From: the human T2T-CHM13v2.0 reference genome, Homo sapiens
Direction: 5' to 3' (one strand)
Assembly (NCBI RefSeq): GCF_009914755.1
Contig: NC_060929.1
Length of the DNA: 64,000 nt
In this document: one piece after another, positions 13,674 to 27,680 of the stretch
How positions within the stretch are numbered: the stretch's first letter is position 1
Layout: every line of letters starts with the position of its first letter
Notes under the pieces: generated by a model
What the model saw: the letters and a program-made list of their open reading frames with translations, nothing else
Told to the model about the DNA's origin: nothing
Database searches by the model: none
Translations under genes and position numbers: made by a program

Positions 13674-13834
13674 GAATATATATAAATTTTTTTTTAAATA
13701 AAGGAAATTAGTGTTGTCTTTTCCTGTGAGGGTCTGTCATAGTCCTCACGGAAGTCTTTTGGGGTGTGGTGTTTTGTTTGTGGGGTAATCTGGAAGCCTG
13801 AGGGGCCCAGCTGCACCAACAGAAAAACAAGTTA

Positions 13835-14085
13835 GCCTCATAAGGTGAGGCAGGTGAGGCAGGTGAGGCAGGTGAGGCAAGGTTTAAAGTGAGTGGGGCC
13901 AATTATACATGTTCATGGTCTTTTATTTATAATTCTGATATTTTGTTTATCGTGAATTTTTGGCATGAATTTTGAGTTTAAAAAATAATGCATTATAATA
14001 TTATTTATCTTGATTATGAAGTTTTTAAGCATCCCTTTCAATTTTGTACCCAAGAGAAATGTGTCACTTGCCTAGCCCTTGTCTG
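13835..14085. mobile_element. MER96B-like hAT-Tip100 element
   Basis: aatattatttatcttgatta...aattttgtaccc...gtcacttgcctagccct and an AGGTGAGGCA terminus. Confidence 0.65.
13843..13878 (+). repeat. (AGGTGAGGC)x4 perfect 9-bp tandem repeat
   Basis: Units start at 13843, 13852, 13861 and 13870. Confidence 0.95.
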
Positions 14086-14113
14086 TCCCCTTCTTGTGGC
14101 TCTGTCTCAGGGG

Positions 14114-14267
14114 CAAGCCCAGCTTCATGGGCATGAGGTCTGTGCAGCTATACAGGGCCCCTGCTTTGTTTAGTGCTCTGCTATCTTGAAATTCTTGGTA
14201 ATTTTTGAACAAGGGCCCCTGGATTTTCATTTTGCACTGGGCCTGGCAAATTATCTAGCTGGTCCTG
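14114..14267. mobile_element. MER91A-like hAT-Tip100 element
   Basis: cagcttcatgggc...tcttgaaattctt...tttgaacaaggg...ttttcattttgcactgggcc...ggtcctg. Confidence 0.75.
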
Positions 14268-15702
14268 ACCAGCGGAGTAAATTTAATATAGAACGAAGAA
14301 TCAAGCTGTGTGTTTTCTTTCCTCTTCGGGGAAAATTTCAGTTGCAGCTCTCACTCTACAGCTTTCCTGGTTTATTTTGTCATTCATTTCATGTAAACAG
14401 ACAACAACGGGGCTCTGTCCTCACAGCCTTTCCTGGGGTTGCCTCTGTTAGAAACAATGTTGGGCTTTTCAGCTACTTGTGGAGAGAAAATGCTCACTGC
14501 TTCTCTTTGGAACTCTTTCTAGGAGACGGGTTTGGCTCTGTGATTCATCAGAAATAAGAAAAACAAACACTGTAAATGGAGAACTTGAAAAAGAGGTGGG
14601 CACCATCTCCCCACCCAAGAGAATGGATTTAAGAGGAAATTTGTTTATGGGATGAAGTTTTAAAAGGCGACCTGGAAAATTTAGCAAAGATGTAAATAAA
14701 CAACTCTTCCTTGGATTGCATTAGGCTTCAGAATAAATATATTAACCAGCTTCAGTCAAAGTCTGCCTAGAATCTGACCCTGACAAGACCCAGTGACTAG
14801 TGCTGCTCCGAACCTTCCCCACCAACAGCAGGCAATTTTCTCTGTGGCAAAGCTACCTCGAAACAGGCATCCAGGCTTCCCTCCCACGAAGTGAAGGTAA
14901 GCAGAGGCCTATCATGTTTCCTCTGAGTGCTGGCTGCAGGACGCCCCCCCACCCCGCCCCGAAAGCCCGAGGGCAGTCTGGAGACACCAGCTTGTTTTTA
15001 TATGGTAGAGTCATCCATAGCTAGATACAAACACACATCTATTACCCACCAGGGGTACTGAATTGCTGTGTTGGCTGCAGAAACAGCCCAGGTCTGTGGG
15101 CAATTCCCATTATGTGTAGACACAAGCAGAAGCATTTAACCCAGGCCACTAAGGAATGTGCCAGGTCCCAGCAGGCAAGCTAGGGCTGGTGGAAGGAAAA
15201 GGGATGCGCTCCATAGGCCCTCCTCCTGGGTTGCCAGTATCCCTACTAGGGAAGGGAGTTTGGATTTTCCCTGCCCTCACATCTTCCTCTTCCTTTGTCT
15301 CCATCCTGTATCCAGACTCCTTTAGGAGAATTTATGAAGCATGTCCACAGTAGGATTCAAATTATTATTTCACAAATTTAAATACCTTACTACAGACCAC
15401 ACAGAAAACACATAGCCTATGCAAAGCAATTAAACTATTACTAAAAGAAGGTTGAGTAGAGCCTTTCATAGTACTTGGAAGGAATTTTAAGACTTTTTTT
15501 TTTTTTTTAAATCTCACCTTCCCCCATCTTTGGCAGACTAAACCAATCACATTCAAAATCATTCTTAATTTTTCCAAAAATAGCGCTAAATCACATACAA
15601 GCTACTGTGTACTGGGGCAGGCAATGTTCATTCCATAATAAAAGAACTACAATATTATTTGGAGGGGGAACAGGAATTAAATGAAATTCCTGCTTAGGGG
15701 AA

Positions 15703-15871
15703 GCATTATGCCAGATGCTTTATAAATGTTACACTACTTAAATCCCGCAAAAATTCTACAAAATGGGCATTATTATTCCTATTTTATAGATGAGAAAACT
15801 GAGTCTCAGAATGGACAAGCTCACAGATGGCAAGTGGTAGAGCAGACTTCACACATAGGTCTGTATGACTT
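15703..15871 (-). mobile_element. MIR
   Basis: Core attttatagatgagaaaactgagtctcaga. Confidence 0.75.
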
Positions 15872-16104
15872 TTTAAAGTTTATATTCTTTCTCTTGAAAA
15901 AATACCTCTTTTTAAAAGTATTATTCCTCTGTTTAGTTTTAGATTGTTATGAAAAAAAAAGGACCTTTTACAGATCGACTCTTTTATCCTACAATAGGGG
16001 CTCTGAACCATTTTGTGTAGGTTCAAATAGAGCTAGGTTAGACAGAGTTGTCAACGGAATCCATCCAGTAGCCTCTGGCATTTCAAGCAAAGATTCCTTC
16101 AGAA

Positions 16105-16330
16105 ATACATCTAATAATAGTTGTTCATCTTCACTGAGCATTCATTATACCCCATGCACTCTTCTGGACTCTACGCATATCATCCCATTTAATCCTCACA
16201 ATAGCACTGTGAGGAAGGTACTGTTATTCTCTCTGATTTACATACAAACGAGGAAGTAGATTTTGAGGTAAGGAAAAGAGCCAGGCTCAAACTGGCCAGC
16301 CCGCTGCAGAGTCTGGGTCAGAGCCACTGG
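16105..16330 (-). mobile_element. MIR
   Basis: ctgagcattcattata...catttaatcctcacaatagcactgtgagg. Confidence 0.65.
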
Positions 16331-16447
16331 GCTGACATGTGCCCCATCCACTAGGCTTAAAGGATACTTTGTTGCTTCCTAACCAAGACAGGCTACGTCA
16401 AAGGTCAGTAAGACCTTGGCCACTTAAGGATAAAACTGGATGACTAA

Positions 16448-16758
<311 letters not shown>

Positions 16759-17204
16759 CTAAGATTTAGGATGGGTGAAGAAAGAGCATTTTTGCCGCAA
16801 TCATACAGAAGGCTAATAAAATAATATTTATTTTTTAATAATGTGCATGGGGACATTTCCATCTGAGAAGTGGCTGTGCCATTGGGGTCAGGAAAGGAGT
16901 TTGAAAGGTACCAAAGAAGGTATTTGAAAGTTGTGGCTTCAGAAGGGCTCAGCTCACCATTGTAAATTACACCGTGAGGAACATTTTGCCCATAAAACCT
17001 TATACCTCTGATTGCTTCTTGGAATATAACCTAAGAAAACAATTTCTAAGGTGAAGTCTCTTTATTATATTGCATTCTGATTCCTACCAGCATTGCATGT
17101 TTATGGATGTTCAACTGCACTGGAGTTAAGTTTTTTGAAGGGAAGCACATTTCATGCCCAATCACTACTAAAATTCTATCTGTCCAGCCTGATATAGGAT
17201 AATA

Positions 17205-17380
17205 GATGTGTGAGCTCAGAGATCAGACTGCCTGACCCTGAACCCTAGCTTCAATGATAACATGAGGATAACGATATTATCCACCTCATACAGTTATTGT
17301 GAGTGTTAAATTATGACACTATTTGTTAAATGCTAAGCACGGGCCAAAGTAAGCATCCATAAATGTCAGCTGTTATTACT
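17205..17380 (+). mobile_element. MIR
   Basis: tcagactgcctg...ccacctcatacagttattgtgag...aaatgtcagctgttatta. Confidence 0.6.
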
Positions 17381-17953
17381 GCTGTTGTTACTAATATATT
17401 TTAGAAATAATAGGTAATATAGTTCCTCAACTCTTGTTATCATTTGTCGGCAGTGGATGAAAAAGAGTTACAGATTGTTAATTTTTTTGATTTCATTGAT
17501 GATAGGAAGTGGCAGAACTTGTTTAATAGAAAACCAGACCCAAGTAGGGTATTGTTTAACGTGCACTGCAGGAACTTTCAGAAGTCATAGGACTTCTGAA
17601 AATTAAGAAGCAAATGGTAACAACCAACATGTCAAACTGTTATCATTGGTTTAGTGGGGAGCTTTGTACTGAAAAGCTGGTGAAACATTACAGAATCCCT
17701 TATTTCTTAGATTTGTGTTTTACTTTCTTTTATAAAAGCAAAGATTGTTTCCTGATTGCGTGTTTGTTTACGCCTATGATGTGTGGCCGAGATGGGGCTA
17801 CCATGCTGGATTCCAGGAGGGTTAGATTAAAATGACCAAAAACACTTAAGACCAAAAGATTATTGGGTCGGGAGATGTTAGTGATAAATGTTGCATTTCT
17901 CTTAGGCTTCTGGATTGGATAATCAAACAAATATGTGGCAGGCAGGCAGGTAC

Positions 17954-18049
17954 CTGAAACTCCAGCATAGTCTTCCCCATGTTTGACTCCAGCATGTAGT
18001 GATAGGCCCCAACACTGGTGCTGGGGTCATCTGCATCATCTAAGGTGCC
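17954..18049 (-). CDS. LIX1: LIX1 coding exon 4 (GTLDDADDPSTSVGAYHYMLESNMGKTMLEFQ)
   Basis: Polypyrimidine tract plus CCCAAG acceptor, donor CAG/GTACC; 96 nt, phase 0-0; within ORF 17846..18112. Confidence 0.96.
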
Positions 18050-19649
18050 CTTGGGAAAGAAAGCAGAAAAAGAAAAATTACTGATTTTTCCTCCTCTTCT
18101 TTGAATGGTCACAAATTAATTCTGTGACCACACAGTAAGCCTATTTTTGGTCTAACCTGAACAGATGTTCACAACCAAGTCTCCAGTAGATTTGAGAGTT
18201 TTGTCATCAATTTGAATTGAGCGTTTGATAGAATACTAACTGTTATATACTCGCTGATAGAATAATTTTCCAAAAGAAGACATTTCTGTACGATTGCACA
18301 GGGTTTTGGTGGTGGTGGTGTTAACATTTGCATGGCTGAGCTCCGAAACTGCCTTCGTTGGCTATTGAAATCTTGAAACACTGACTTTGCTCTGATTCCA
18401 GTGATAACCAGGCAAGATTACATAATTGACATGGAAAGAATTTGTCAGTTTTATGGACCATTCAGCTTTTACTGCCGTGATTCTTAATAGGAACTTTTCG
18501 TAATATGCTGGTGTTTAGCCTGGAGACATGGATCATGGTTTATATTTTTTCAGTCCTGTACCACTGAATCTCTAGGAAACGAGGTGGGTGGGTGATGGGT
18601 AGAAATGAAATTCCCTTTCCATTTGGGTGTGGGGAATGGCGCTAAGAAGCTAACACGACTCTGGCGTGGCTTTTGGGCCAGCCCTTCCGTATCCTATGGA
18701 CGCGGATTCCCGGGAAGGTGGGCAATGGTGACTTTGTGAGATGGAACAAACAAGTGCCAGCACAGATAGCAGCAAATTTATAGCTTTTGAATGCAATAAC
18801 ATTAACACACTGCTGCTGAAATATTTATGTTGGCTTTTTAAATATCCCAGAGGAAATCCATCTAGAAGCATGCAACCATGTATATTCTGTTTCCTTAGAA
18901 ATTTCCATTTAAAAAATGATAAATTACTTTTACACTGAGGGCCCTTCCCTGCTCCTGAGTAAATTTCACACTTATATAAATCAGGCATAATTTTCCTAAC
19001 CTCTCTTCCTCAAAAGCACTTGAAATTTACAGGGCTGGAAAATAAAGGCTTCCTTTCATCCTCAGACCAGATATAGAACAGAACTCCCTGGCATCTCCCA
19101 GCCAAGTCAATCACTCTTCTTCTCCTGCTCCTTCCTTATCTCTCCTTTATGTGATAAGAAGATTTATGAGGGGAAAAGGGTCACATCTAGTCTGATAGTG
19201 TTTCCTTCATCATCATCAGCTTCGCCAGAATGACAGAGCCTTCCTAGTTAAGGGAAACAGAGAAGGAAATCTCAGGTGGGGTTTATCCGTGCTAAAGGCA
19301 AACCAGAGGTGGCTAATCCCTTTGGTAATGCCAGGTTCCTGCCCTTGAGCACACACAGGGCGATACTTGCCACAGGTGGGGACTGAAGGCTTCTTTCTTG
19401 GCTTATAGTTTGGAAGCAATGGGAGTTGGGAGCTCCAAATCATTCATGGGACAAATATCCTGTCTTATATTGCTTAAAAAAAAATCCTATCTAATTTTTA
19501 AGACAGGGTGTTTTGCTCTTAAAGCACTTTGCATTTAATTGTGTTAATTACAGAAATTTTCAATGCTCTCTGAAGAGGTAATTGATATTAACCATGGTAA
19601 TTCTAATAGCTAACACATATTGGGCATACGGTTTTTCACATGTCTAAAC

Positions 19650-19760
19650 AGTCCATGTTTCCTTAAAAATGCAGATTGCAGGGCCCCACACTGGCTGGGG
19701 AATTCGCACTTCCAGTAAACACTTCAGATGATTTTCATGATCTTTCAAGTTCGGGGAAAA
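19650..19760. mobile_element. MER5A fragment
   Basis: ttaaaaatgcagattgcagggccccac...gaattcgcacttcca. Confidence 0.45.
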
Positions 19761-20051
19761 TGGAGCTCGTTTTCCACTAGATTAAAGCAGTATTCCACTG
19801 TATGCGTTCTCAGGCCCTAAAAGAATCAACACTCCTCAATAAGTAAACATTCACTTAAACATATCCAGGTGGATCCAATGATCTACCTTGATTTAAAACA
19901 TGATTAATTGTGATCAGAGAGATTAAAAAATATTATTGAGATGTGTGATATTATGATTTCCAATTTAAGTATTCTGTTTTCTGAAAATTAACAATTCAGT
20001 GGGTAAAAATTGAATCTACAGAATTCTTAAAATAAGAATTTGCTCATGTTA

Positions 20052-20309
<258 letters not shown>

Positions 20310-20682
20310 TCACCATTCCACTCCTGCATCAATGGGTCTCTGGACATTTCTATTTATACATTTACTGTCCGCATCTATTCTGTTCATATACATTGCTAAT
20401 TTCCCTGAAGGTCACGCAGATTTTCCTTCAGCTCTAGAGTTCGTGCAAATGTCTTGGTTGATCTTCAATTACTTATTGTCTTATTTTATAGTCATTGAAT
20501 GTCTACTATATGTCAGAAGCTTTGCATACTCTATTAATGAGTAATGATAAATTAATAATGGCTATTATTGTGTGCTAGATAATTTATATTCATTATCAGG
20601 GCCTTCCTCAAATCCCTATTTCAGAAAAAAAATGTAAGGAAAGGAGAAAAGCAAGGAATCTGGAAATACTTGTAACAATAAT

Positions 20683-20880
20683 TAAGAACACAAATTCTAG
20701 AGTCAGACTGCTTTCAGCTCTGGCATTTACTAACTATAAGACCTTGAGTAGGTTCATTAGTCTCTCTGCACCTCAATTTCCTCCTCTATAAAATGGGAAT
20801 AATAGTAGGGTTGAGGTTAGGATCAATTGGTTAATATAGATGAAGCACTGGAAATACCTGGCACACAGTAGCACTTATGA
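20683..20880 (+). mobile_element. MIR
   Basis: tctagagtcagactg...gaccttgagt...ctcaatttcctcctctataaaatgggaataata. Confidence 0.75.
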
Positions 20881-22029
20881 GAACAGGCCAGCCAGACATT
20901 TTTATCTCCAGGTTAGTACAAGGGTGCTGCTGTCAATATCTATTGCTTTTGCATTTGCAACATTTGTCCCCCACCTTCCTTCTAGTAACAGTTCCCTGAT
21001 TTTCTTGAGGACTAGGATTTCTCCCTTGGTCTCAATCCATGCGGTTTTGCTGGGACATACTGCATTCAAACCTTCTTGAAGTTAGGGCCATAGGCAGCCT
21101 ATGATTAGTGACTCATAAAAAAAATTCACTCCTCTCAAATATAATATTGTGCTCCATCCTGCTAGACTGGCTTTCTGTGGCTCATATGGATCTGGTCGAT
21201 GCATCCTGATTCTTTTCTGTCCTCCCTGCCTCTGAACAACTAACAACTCCCATTTTTCAAGTTCTGGTTTGGCATCGTTCCTGGGGTTGCAGATAGAGGG
21301 ACAAGCCCCATAAGTACTGGACTGTCCCTGGAGCCCATACCTTTTGGAGAGCCCAGGAGTTGATGGCCTCTCTCCTACAGGCTCCTGTGAACCCAGGGAT
21401 AAGTGTCTAGGATCTTGGACTCCTAGGGGGAAACAAGAGAAGTCCAGGCCTGGGTCCTGGTCAGTGGGGTGGCCGGGCACCCCTGACTGTGCTTCTTAGA
21501 AACCTGGACCACCTGAACTTTGGGAGCTAATCTTCTCATTGGACAAATAGGGAGGCTAGGCTGTCTGATCTCCAAGGCTCCTACTACCCAAAATGCATGA
21601 TTCTCAGAATCAGTAGTTCTTGGTGATTGATGGGAAAGAAAAGGAAAAATAGCAAATACCACGCTTCATTTTACAGTTTCACAGAGCAAGGGTTCTGTGC
21701 CACCAAACAAAGAAAGCCAAATCCCTCTCATTTGCTTTCACAACATCCCCACCTCCATCCTATCTGCCCTCTGTTGACTATCTCTGCACTGTCCCGGGAA
21801 CGCTCCAGACTTATGCTCTCGTGTCCTCTAGAGACCTGTCTCTCCTCCCCATCTCCACAAACCTAGTTGGAGTGCCCTGAAGCCAGTTTCCAAGTCCTCT
21901 GTGATTTTCCCTCAAACCTTCTAGAACAGTAGTGCCTATATATTGTAAAGACCGTGTCCTTGACTATGGGTAACTTCTTGCCCACCCCTTCTCCCAGCCT
22001 CCGGGCCTGGGAGGAGCCCTCATATACTT

Positions 22030-22931
<902 letters not shown>

Positions 22932-23169
22932 TGTATATTACTTGAGCATCCTCCACTGGCTAAGCCAGGCTCAGCACTTGGAGATGCTTGTACATGGTGA
23001 GTGTGTTGATGAAATAATTACAAGACTTTTGAAATGGCAAGAACATGACACTGAGGAGAATTAAAACAAACACAAATTAAAAAATAACAAAAACCAACCA
23101 AACAAACAACATTTGCCAGGAGACTAACAAAGCAGAACAATTAAGGGCAGGCAGAAGAAGATATTATAA

Positions 23170-23514
<345 letters not shown>

Positions 23515-23759
23515 TGATTTTCTATATAGCTGTTGAATGAAGAATGGAGCTAAAGTTCCAAAATGAGTGTGGAAAGTAGTTTTTTTTTTCTTTTTTCTTG
23601 GTGTTGACACACAAGAAGGCTTTGGGGGAAGCTTTAGACAGCAAGGCCATTCAAGGTTTAGACCTCTTCTAAGTTTTAGGCAACTTGTATGAAACCAGAA
23701 TGGGTTTGACAAGGTAGATTGGCTTTGTGTTATGGGCTTGGCTGAAAATTTATAGGACA

Positions 23760-24000
23760 TTGAGTCACCAATCTTTCACTGAAGCTTGAGTGCCATCTCT
23801 TTTAGGAAGCTTTCCTTGACCACTCTCAAGTCTAGGCTTGGAGGACTACTGTCCAAGGGAGGCACTGACCACACTGCAGTGTAACTGTTTGCTAATGCTC
23901 TGCTCCCACCGTCTCCTGGCTGTGAGCTCCCTAAAGGCAGAGCCTATGACTTAGTTGTCTCCCGCCTCCTGTGACCTAGTTTGCTGAATAAGCAACAATA
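23760..24000 (+). mobile_element. L2 3' fragment
   Basis: aggaagctttccttgacc...ctgtgagctccctaaaggcagagcctatg. Confidence 0.55.
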
Positions 24001-25621
24001 CAGCCTAGGAAACTAAAAAACAAGTCACTGAAGCACTAGACATAATGTTCAAGAGATCCTCGTAAAGAAAAGAATGAAAGATATATACTTTTTATTTTTT
24101 TTAAATGAGCGCAATTTCAATAAACCGTCTATGGTATGTGTAACTTAGTCATATAAAAATATATTAATGAATTTCAGATGGATAATTGGTCATTGCAGTC
24201 AGACACTTTGAGATGACCATTTTTGCCTGAGCGTAGGGTATGTTTATTATTCTTTGGAAAATCAGTTCCCCATTAAAAAGCAAACAACGTTTTTGCAAGT
24301 ATTACCTGACATCTGTAGGAACAGCTCATTTTAATAGGAATTTAGCTTTACAAAATCTATCATAGAGCTGTTGGAGTTTTAGAATTTAGAGAATTAGATT
24401 CAGATCCAGGCACTCTTCAGAAACAACTTCTATCTAAATAATAGCAATTTAAACCATCTTTTATGGAGAGAGAGACCTAGTAAACACTAGTTAGATAAAA
24501 GAAGCTATCTATTTTAAATAAGACCAGTTAAGTACTAGATCAAAAGCACCACATACGTTTACAACCAAATGGCACTGCTCGGGAGATCAAAGTGCAGCCC
24601 GGCTGAGAGAACAGAAAGAGCCTTTACCCAGAAAGCATGAAAAAGGACTACAGAGACCTAACCAATACCAAGATTTTAAAGCAGACACATGTCTATGCTC
24701 ATTTTATTATTTCAATGTACAGAATCTTTGCTTAAAACGGGGGAGAAAGTGTTCCAATTAATAAGTACATAAAATAAAATAAATTCTGAGCCATCAAAGG
24801 GCTTTTCTTGCTATTGTTCTTGGCATTTCTGAAAGACAAGTACTTCAAAATGTCTATAATGTTAACCAGCCGCTTTCTTCTAAATTCTAGAACTACAAAT
24901 CTCAGCCAGTAAGGGCTGCATATTTTTCTCTAGGGATCTTTTAATGGGACCTCTCAGCCCATAAGAATCTTTACTGGGGGAAGAAATTTAGCCAAACGGC
25001 AATCTGCTTGGTTGCAATCTAAATCAGAATGTGAATGTTGCTGTAAGAACAGGCACTGTTAAAGTTACTATCAAACAGTGGGAAACACTGTAAGAAAATA
25101 AAATATGGTAAGTGACAGGACATTTTATGGATGTGTCCAAACCAGTCGTCAAAGACATCGGTTGGGGAGCGAGTGAAGTATGATGTTATTTCAAAGTAAC
25201 TTCCTGCTAGAGTTAGACTTCCCAGGTTATACAGTTCATTCTTGCTATTTTTTAGCCAGGCCCTAATCATAAATATAGATTTGTAAACCGTGTCTTTTCT
25301 GTTAACCATTCTTACTTGTTAATATAGAAGGACAACTTCTGTCCTTTGCACTTTGCGAAAGTGCAGAGCTGGGATATTTAAGTCAAGATTTTACTAAAGT
25401 CAGCTGTGAATTTCTCAGGCATGTGGAGCCACATGCTTTCCGAGTGGCCAGCAGACCTCATTCAGACATTTATTTTGATGTTCAGATGCCTTTCATTTGC
25501 TGGTAGATTATAAACCACTATAATCATTTCAAAGCCTCCTGGCTCTGATCTAAAATTAAAGTAAAAAAAAAAAAAAAAAAAAGAGTGACTGTGGCATTGC
25601 TCAGGAAAGCTATTCAAAGGC

Positions 25622-26164
25622 AGTGGTAGCCAGTTTGTAAGATTCCCCAGTGACCCCTGCCCCGTGGCATTCACACCCTTGTGTAGTCCTCCCCTGCACT
25701 GCACCAGAGTTCGTTTGTGTAACCAATAGAATATGGTAGAAGTGATGGCAAATCCCTTCCCATATTAGGTTATAAAAGACACTATGACTTCCGTCTTGGT
25801 CTCACTTGCCATCTCTTTATAAGAGAAGAGAAGTGGAACCAAGAGGAAAAGTCACTGCCTTGGGGAAAGTCACTGCCATGTTATGAGCAGTCCCAAGGAA
25901 AGGCATACATGGCAGATAACTAAAGCCTTCTGCCAGCAGCCATCTGAGTGAGATGGGAAGCTGATCCTCCAGCCCTGATCAAGCCTTCAAATGACTGCAC
26001 CTCCAGCTGACAGATTACCAAAAGCAACCTCCTTCCAGAAGACCTTGAGCCAAAACCACTCAGCTAAGCTACTTCCAGATCCCTGATCCTCGGAAACTGT
26101 GCGAGACAATAAATGTTTGTAAGTTTTCAGGCTATTTCTTATGCAGCAATAGGTAACTAATACA
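25622..26164 (+). mobile_element. MLT1F-like MaLR solo LTR
   Basis: gtggtagccag...cacacccttgtgtagtcc...gaaactgtgcgagacaataaatg...gcagcaataggtaactaataca. Confidence 0.82.
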
Positions 26165-26209
26165 AAGGCTTTGCTCACCACAGGTAATTAAGAAGTCTCA
26201 ATGAAATAA

Positions 26210-26445
26210 TCCACATTGCTGGCACTATGTGCTTGGTACTATGCTGAGCACTTTATGTTTATTATCACATTTTGTTACCACAACAATCCTATAAAGTTGG
26301 TTTTGTTATTATCCTTATTTTGCAGGTGAGGAAATAGAGGCCTAAAGAGGTTATACATCCCAAGGTCATGCACCTTAAGATGTGAACAAAACAAGATTTG
26401 TTTTGTTCTCTGGTCTGTCTGACTTGGGAGTCCAGATTTTTAACC
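26210..26445 (-). mobile_element. MIR
   Basis: ttattatccttattttgcaggtgaggaaatagaggc...cccaaggtcatgc. Confidence 0.75.
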
Positions 26446-26980
26446 ACTTTGCTATTTTGCTCTTCACAGAAATGGCCACCCACTTTGGAATAAAGAGGAC
26501 ATATAATTTGCCTAAGGTCACATAGCACTCTCTAAATCAGTACAGTATTTTAGACAAAGCTTCAACTTTGCACTTTTATGGGTCATTTTGATATAAGACT
26601 ACAAGGATATCTCCTCCCATGACAAACTTGACTTCATTTACAACAAAAGGCCAAGCAAGATACAGTACACTGTGGGGATAAATGGTACTCACTGAGGACA
26701 GGAATATGCTGACATTATCTCAATTTCCTCCTCCCTCCTGTTGTTCTCCTTTGGATGCTTTCCTGGACTATAGGGAGAAGGAAAATAGAGAAAGGCCAAC
26801 TGCGACTAGGCCAGAGATCAGATGTTACCTTGTAGGAAGCATCTCATTCTAACCTTAAGTACTCTCTTGATGAAGTACGGGGCCAAGAGATTTTGGAATT
26901 CTACCACACAAGGTTGCTCAGCATTCCAAGAAGTATTGATAACTCTTCAAGAGCAAAAGTCATTTAAATTAAACTTCTCT

Positions 26981-27133
26981 GGCCGGGCATGGTAGCTCAT
27001 ATCTGTAAACCCAGCACTTTGGGAGGCTGAGGCTGGAAGATCACTTGAACTTAGGAGTTTGAGACCAACCTGGACAATGTAGCAAGACCTGGTCTGTACT
27101 AAAATTCAAAAACTAAATAAATAAAACAAAAAA
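26981..27133 (+). mobile_element. Alu left monomer (FLAM_C-like)
   Basis: GGCCGGGCATGGTAGCTC...A-rich tail; flanking TAAACTTC repeats. Confidence 0.85.
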
Positions 27134-27289
27134 TAAACTTCCCTCGCTCTGATGAATAAAAAATTTCCCCCAAGACTAACTCATTTTGGCCCTGTATTTT
27201 ATCATAGATTAAGATGACCAACAAGTCACCAGGACCCTATAGGGTACACTATAAAGATTGCTGCCAAGCCTAGGCCGGGAGTTTGGACC

Positions 27290-27480
27290 AATAGTTCAAA
27301 AACTTTAGTGTTCATAGTACAGTTACCCAGGAACTTGTTAAACATGTGTATTCCTGCGCCCAAAGCTGACCTACTGAATCCGAATCTCTTCAGCTATATG
27401 ATGGTGGGGTCTGCATATAATAAGATTTGCGGGTGATTCTGACATGTGGACCCAGGACAACTCTTAGAGGAGTGTTGCTG
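27290..27480. mobile_element. MER5A-like relic
   Basis: cccaggaacttgttaaa...gacctactgaatccgaatct...gggtgattctga. Confidence 0.55.
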
Positions 27481-27517
27481 AAACCTCTGCCCCTGCCATG
27501 TCTCATTTCGAACAGGC

Positions 27518-27680
27518 AGGAGCAGAACCAAGTTTTGTGGGGCCTGAGGCTTACACAATTTGGGGGCCCTTGTTTAAGAAAAACAATATGAAATTACAAA
27601 TAAAAAGATTGGCGTTGTGATTTACAAAGAGCCTCTGCAGAAGCTTCATTGTCTTCATTGTAAAGCCACTTCTGCTAACA
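27518..27680. mobile_element. MER53-like hAT element
   Basis: gttttgtggggcctgaggcttacacaatttgggggccc...ttaagaaaaa. Confidence 0.65.

Noticed and set aside
13843-13878. Short direct repeats as a CRISPR-like array
   Set aside because: No spacers, eukaryotic context, and explained as a tandem expansion of a transposon end.
15726-16259. Longest ORF in the track (177 aa)
   Set aside because: Spans two MIR relics and low-complexity AT-rich DNA; no coding character.
21082-21662. GC-richer segment with a 132-aa ORF, possible processed pseudogene
   Set aside because: No recognisable protein similarity, poly(A) tail or TSD; a BLAST search would be needed.
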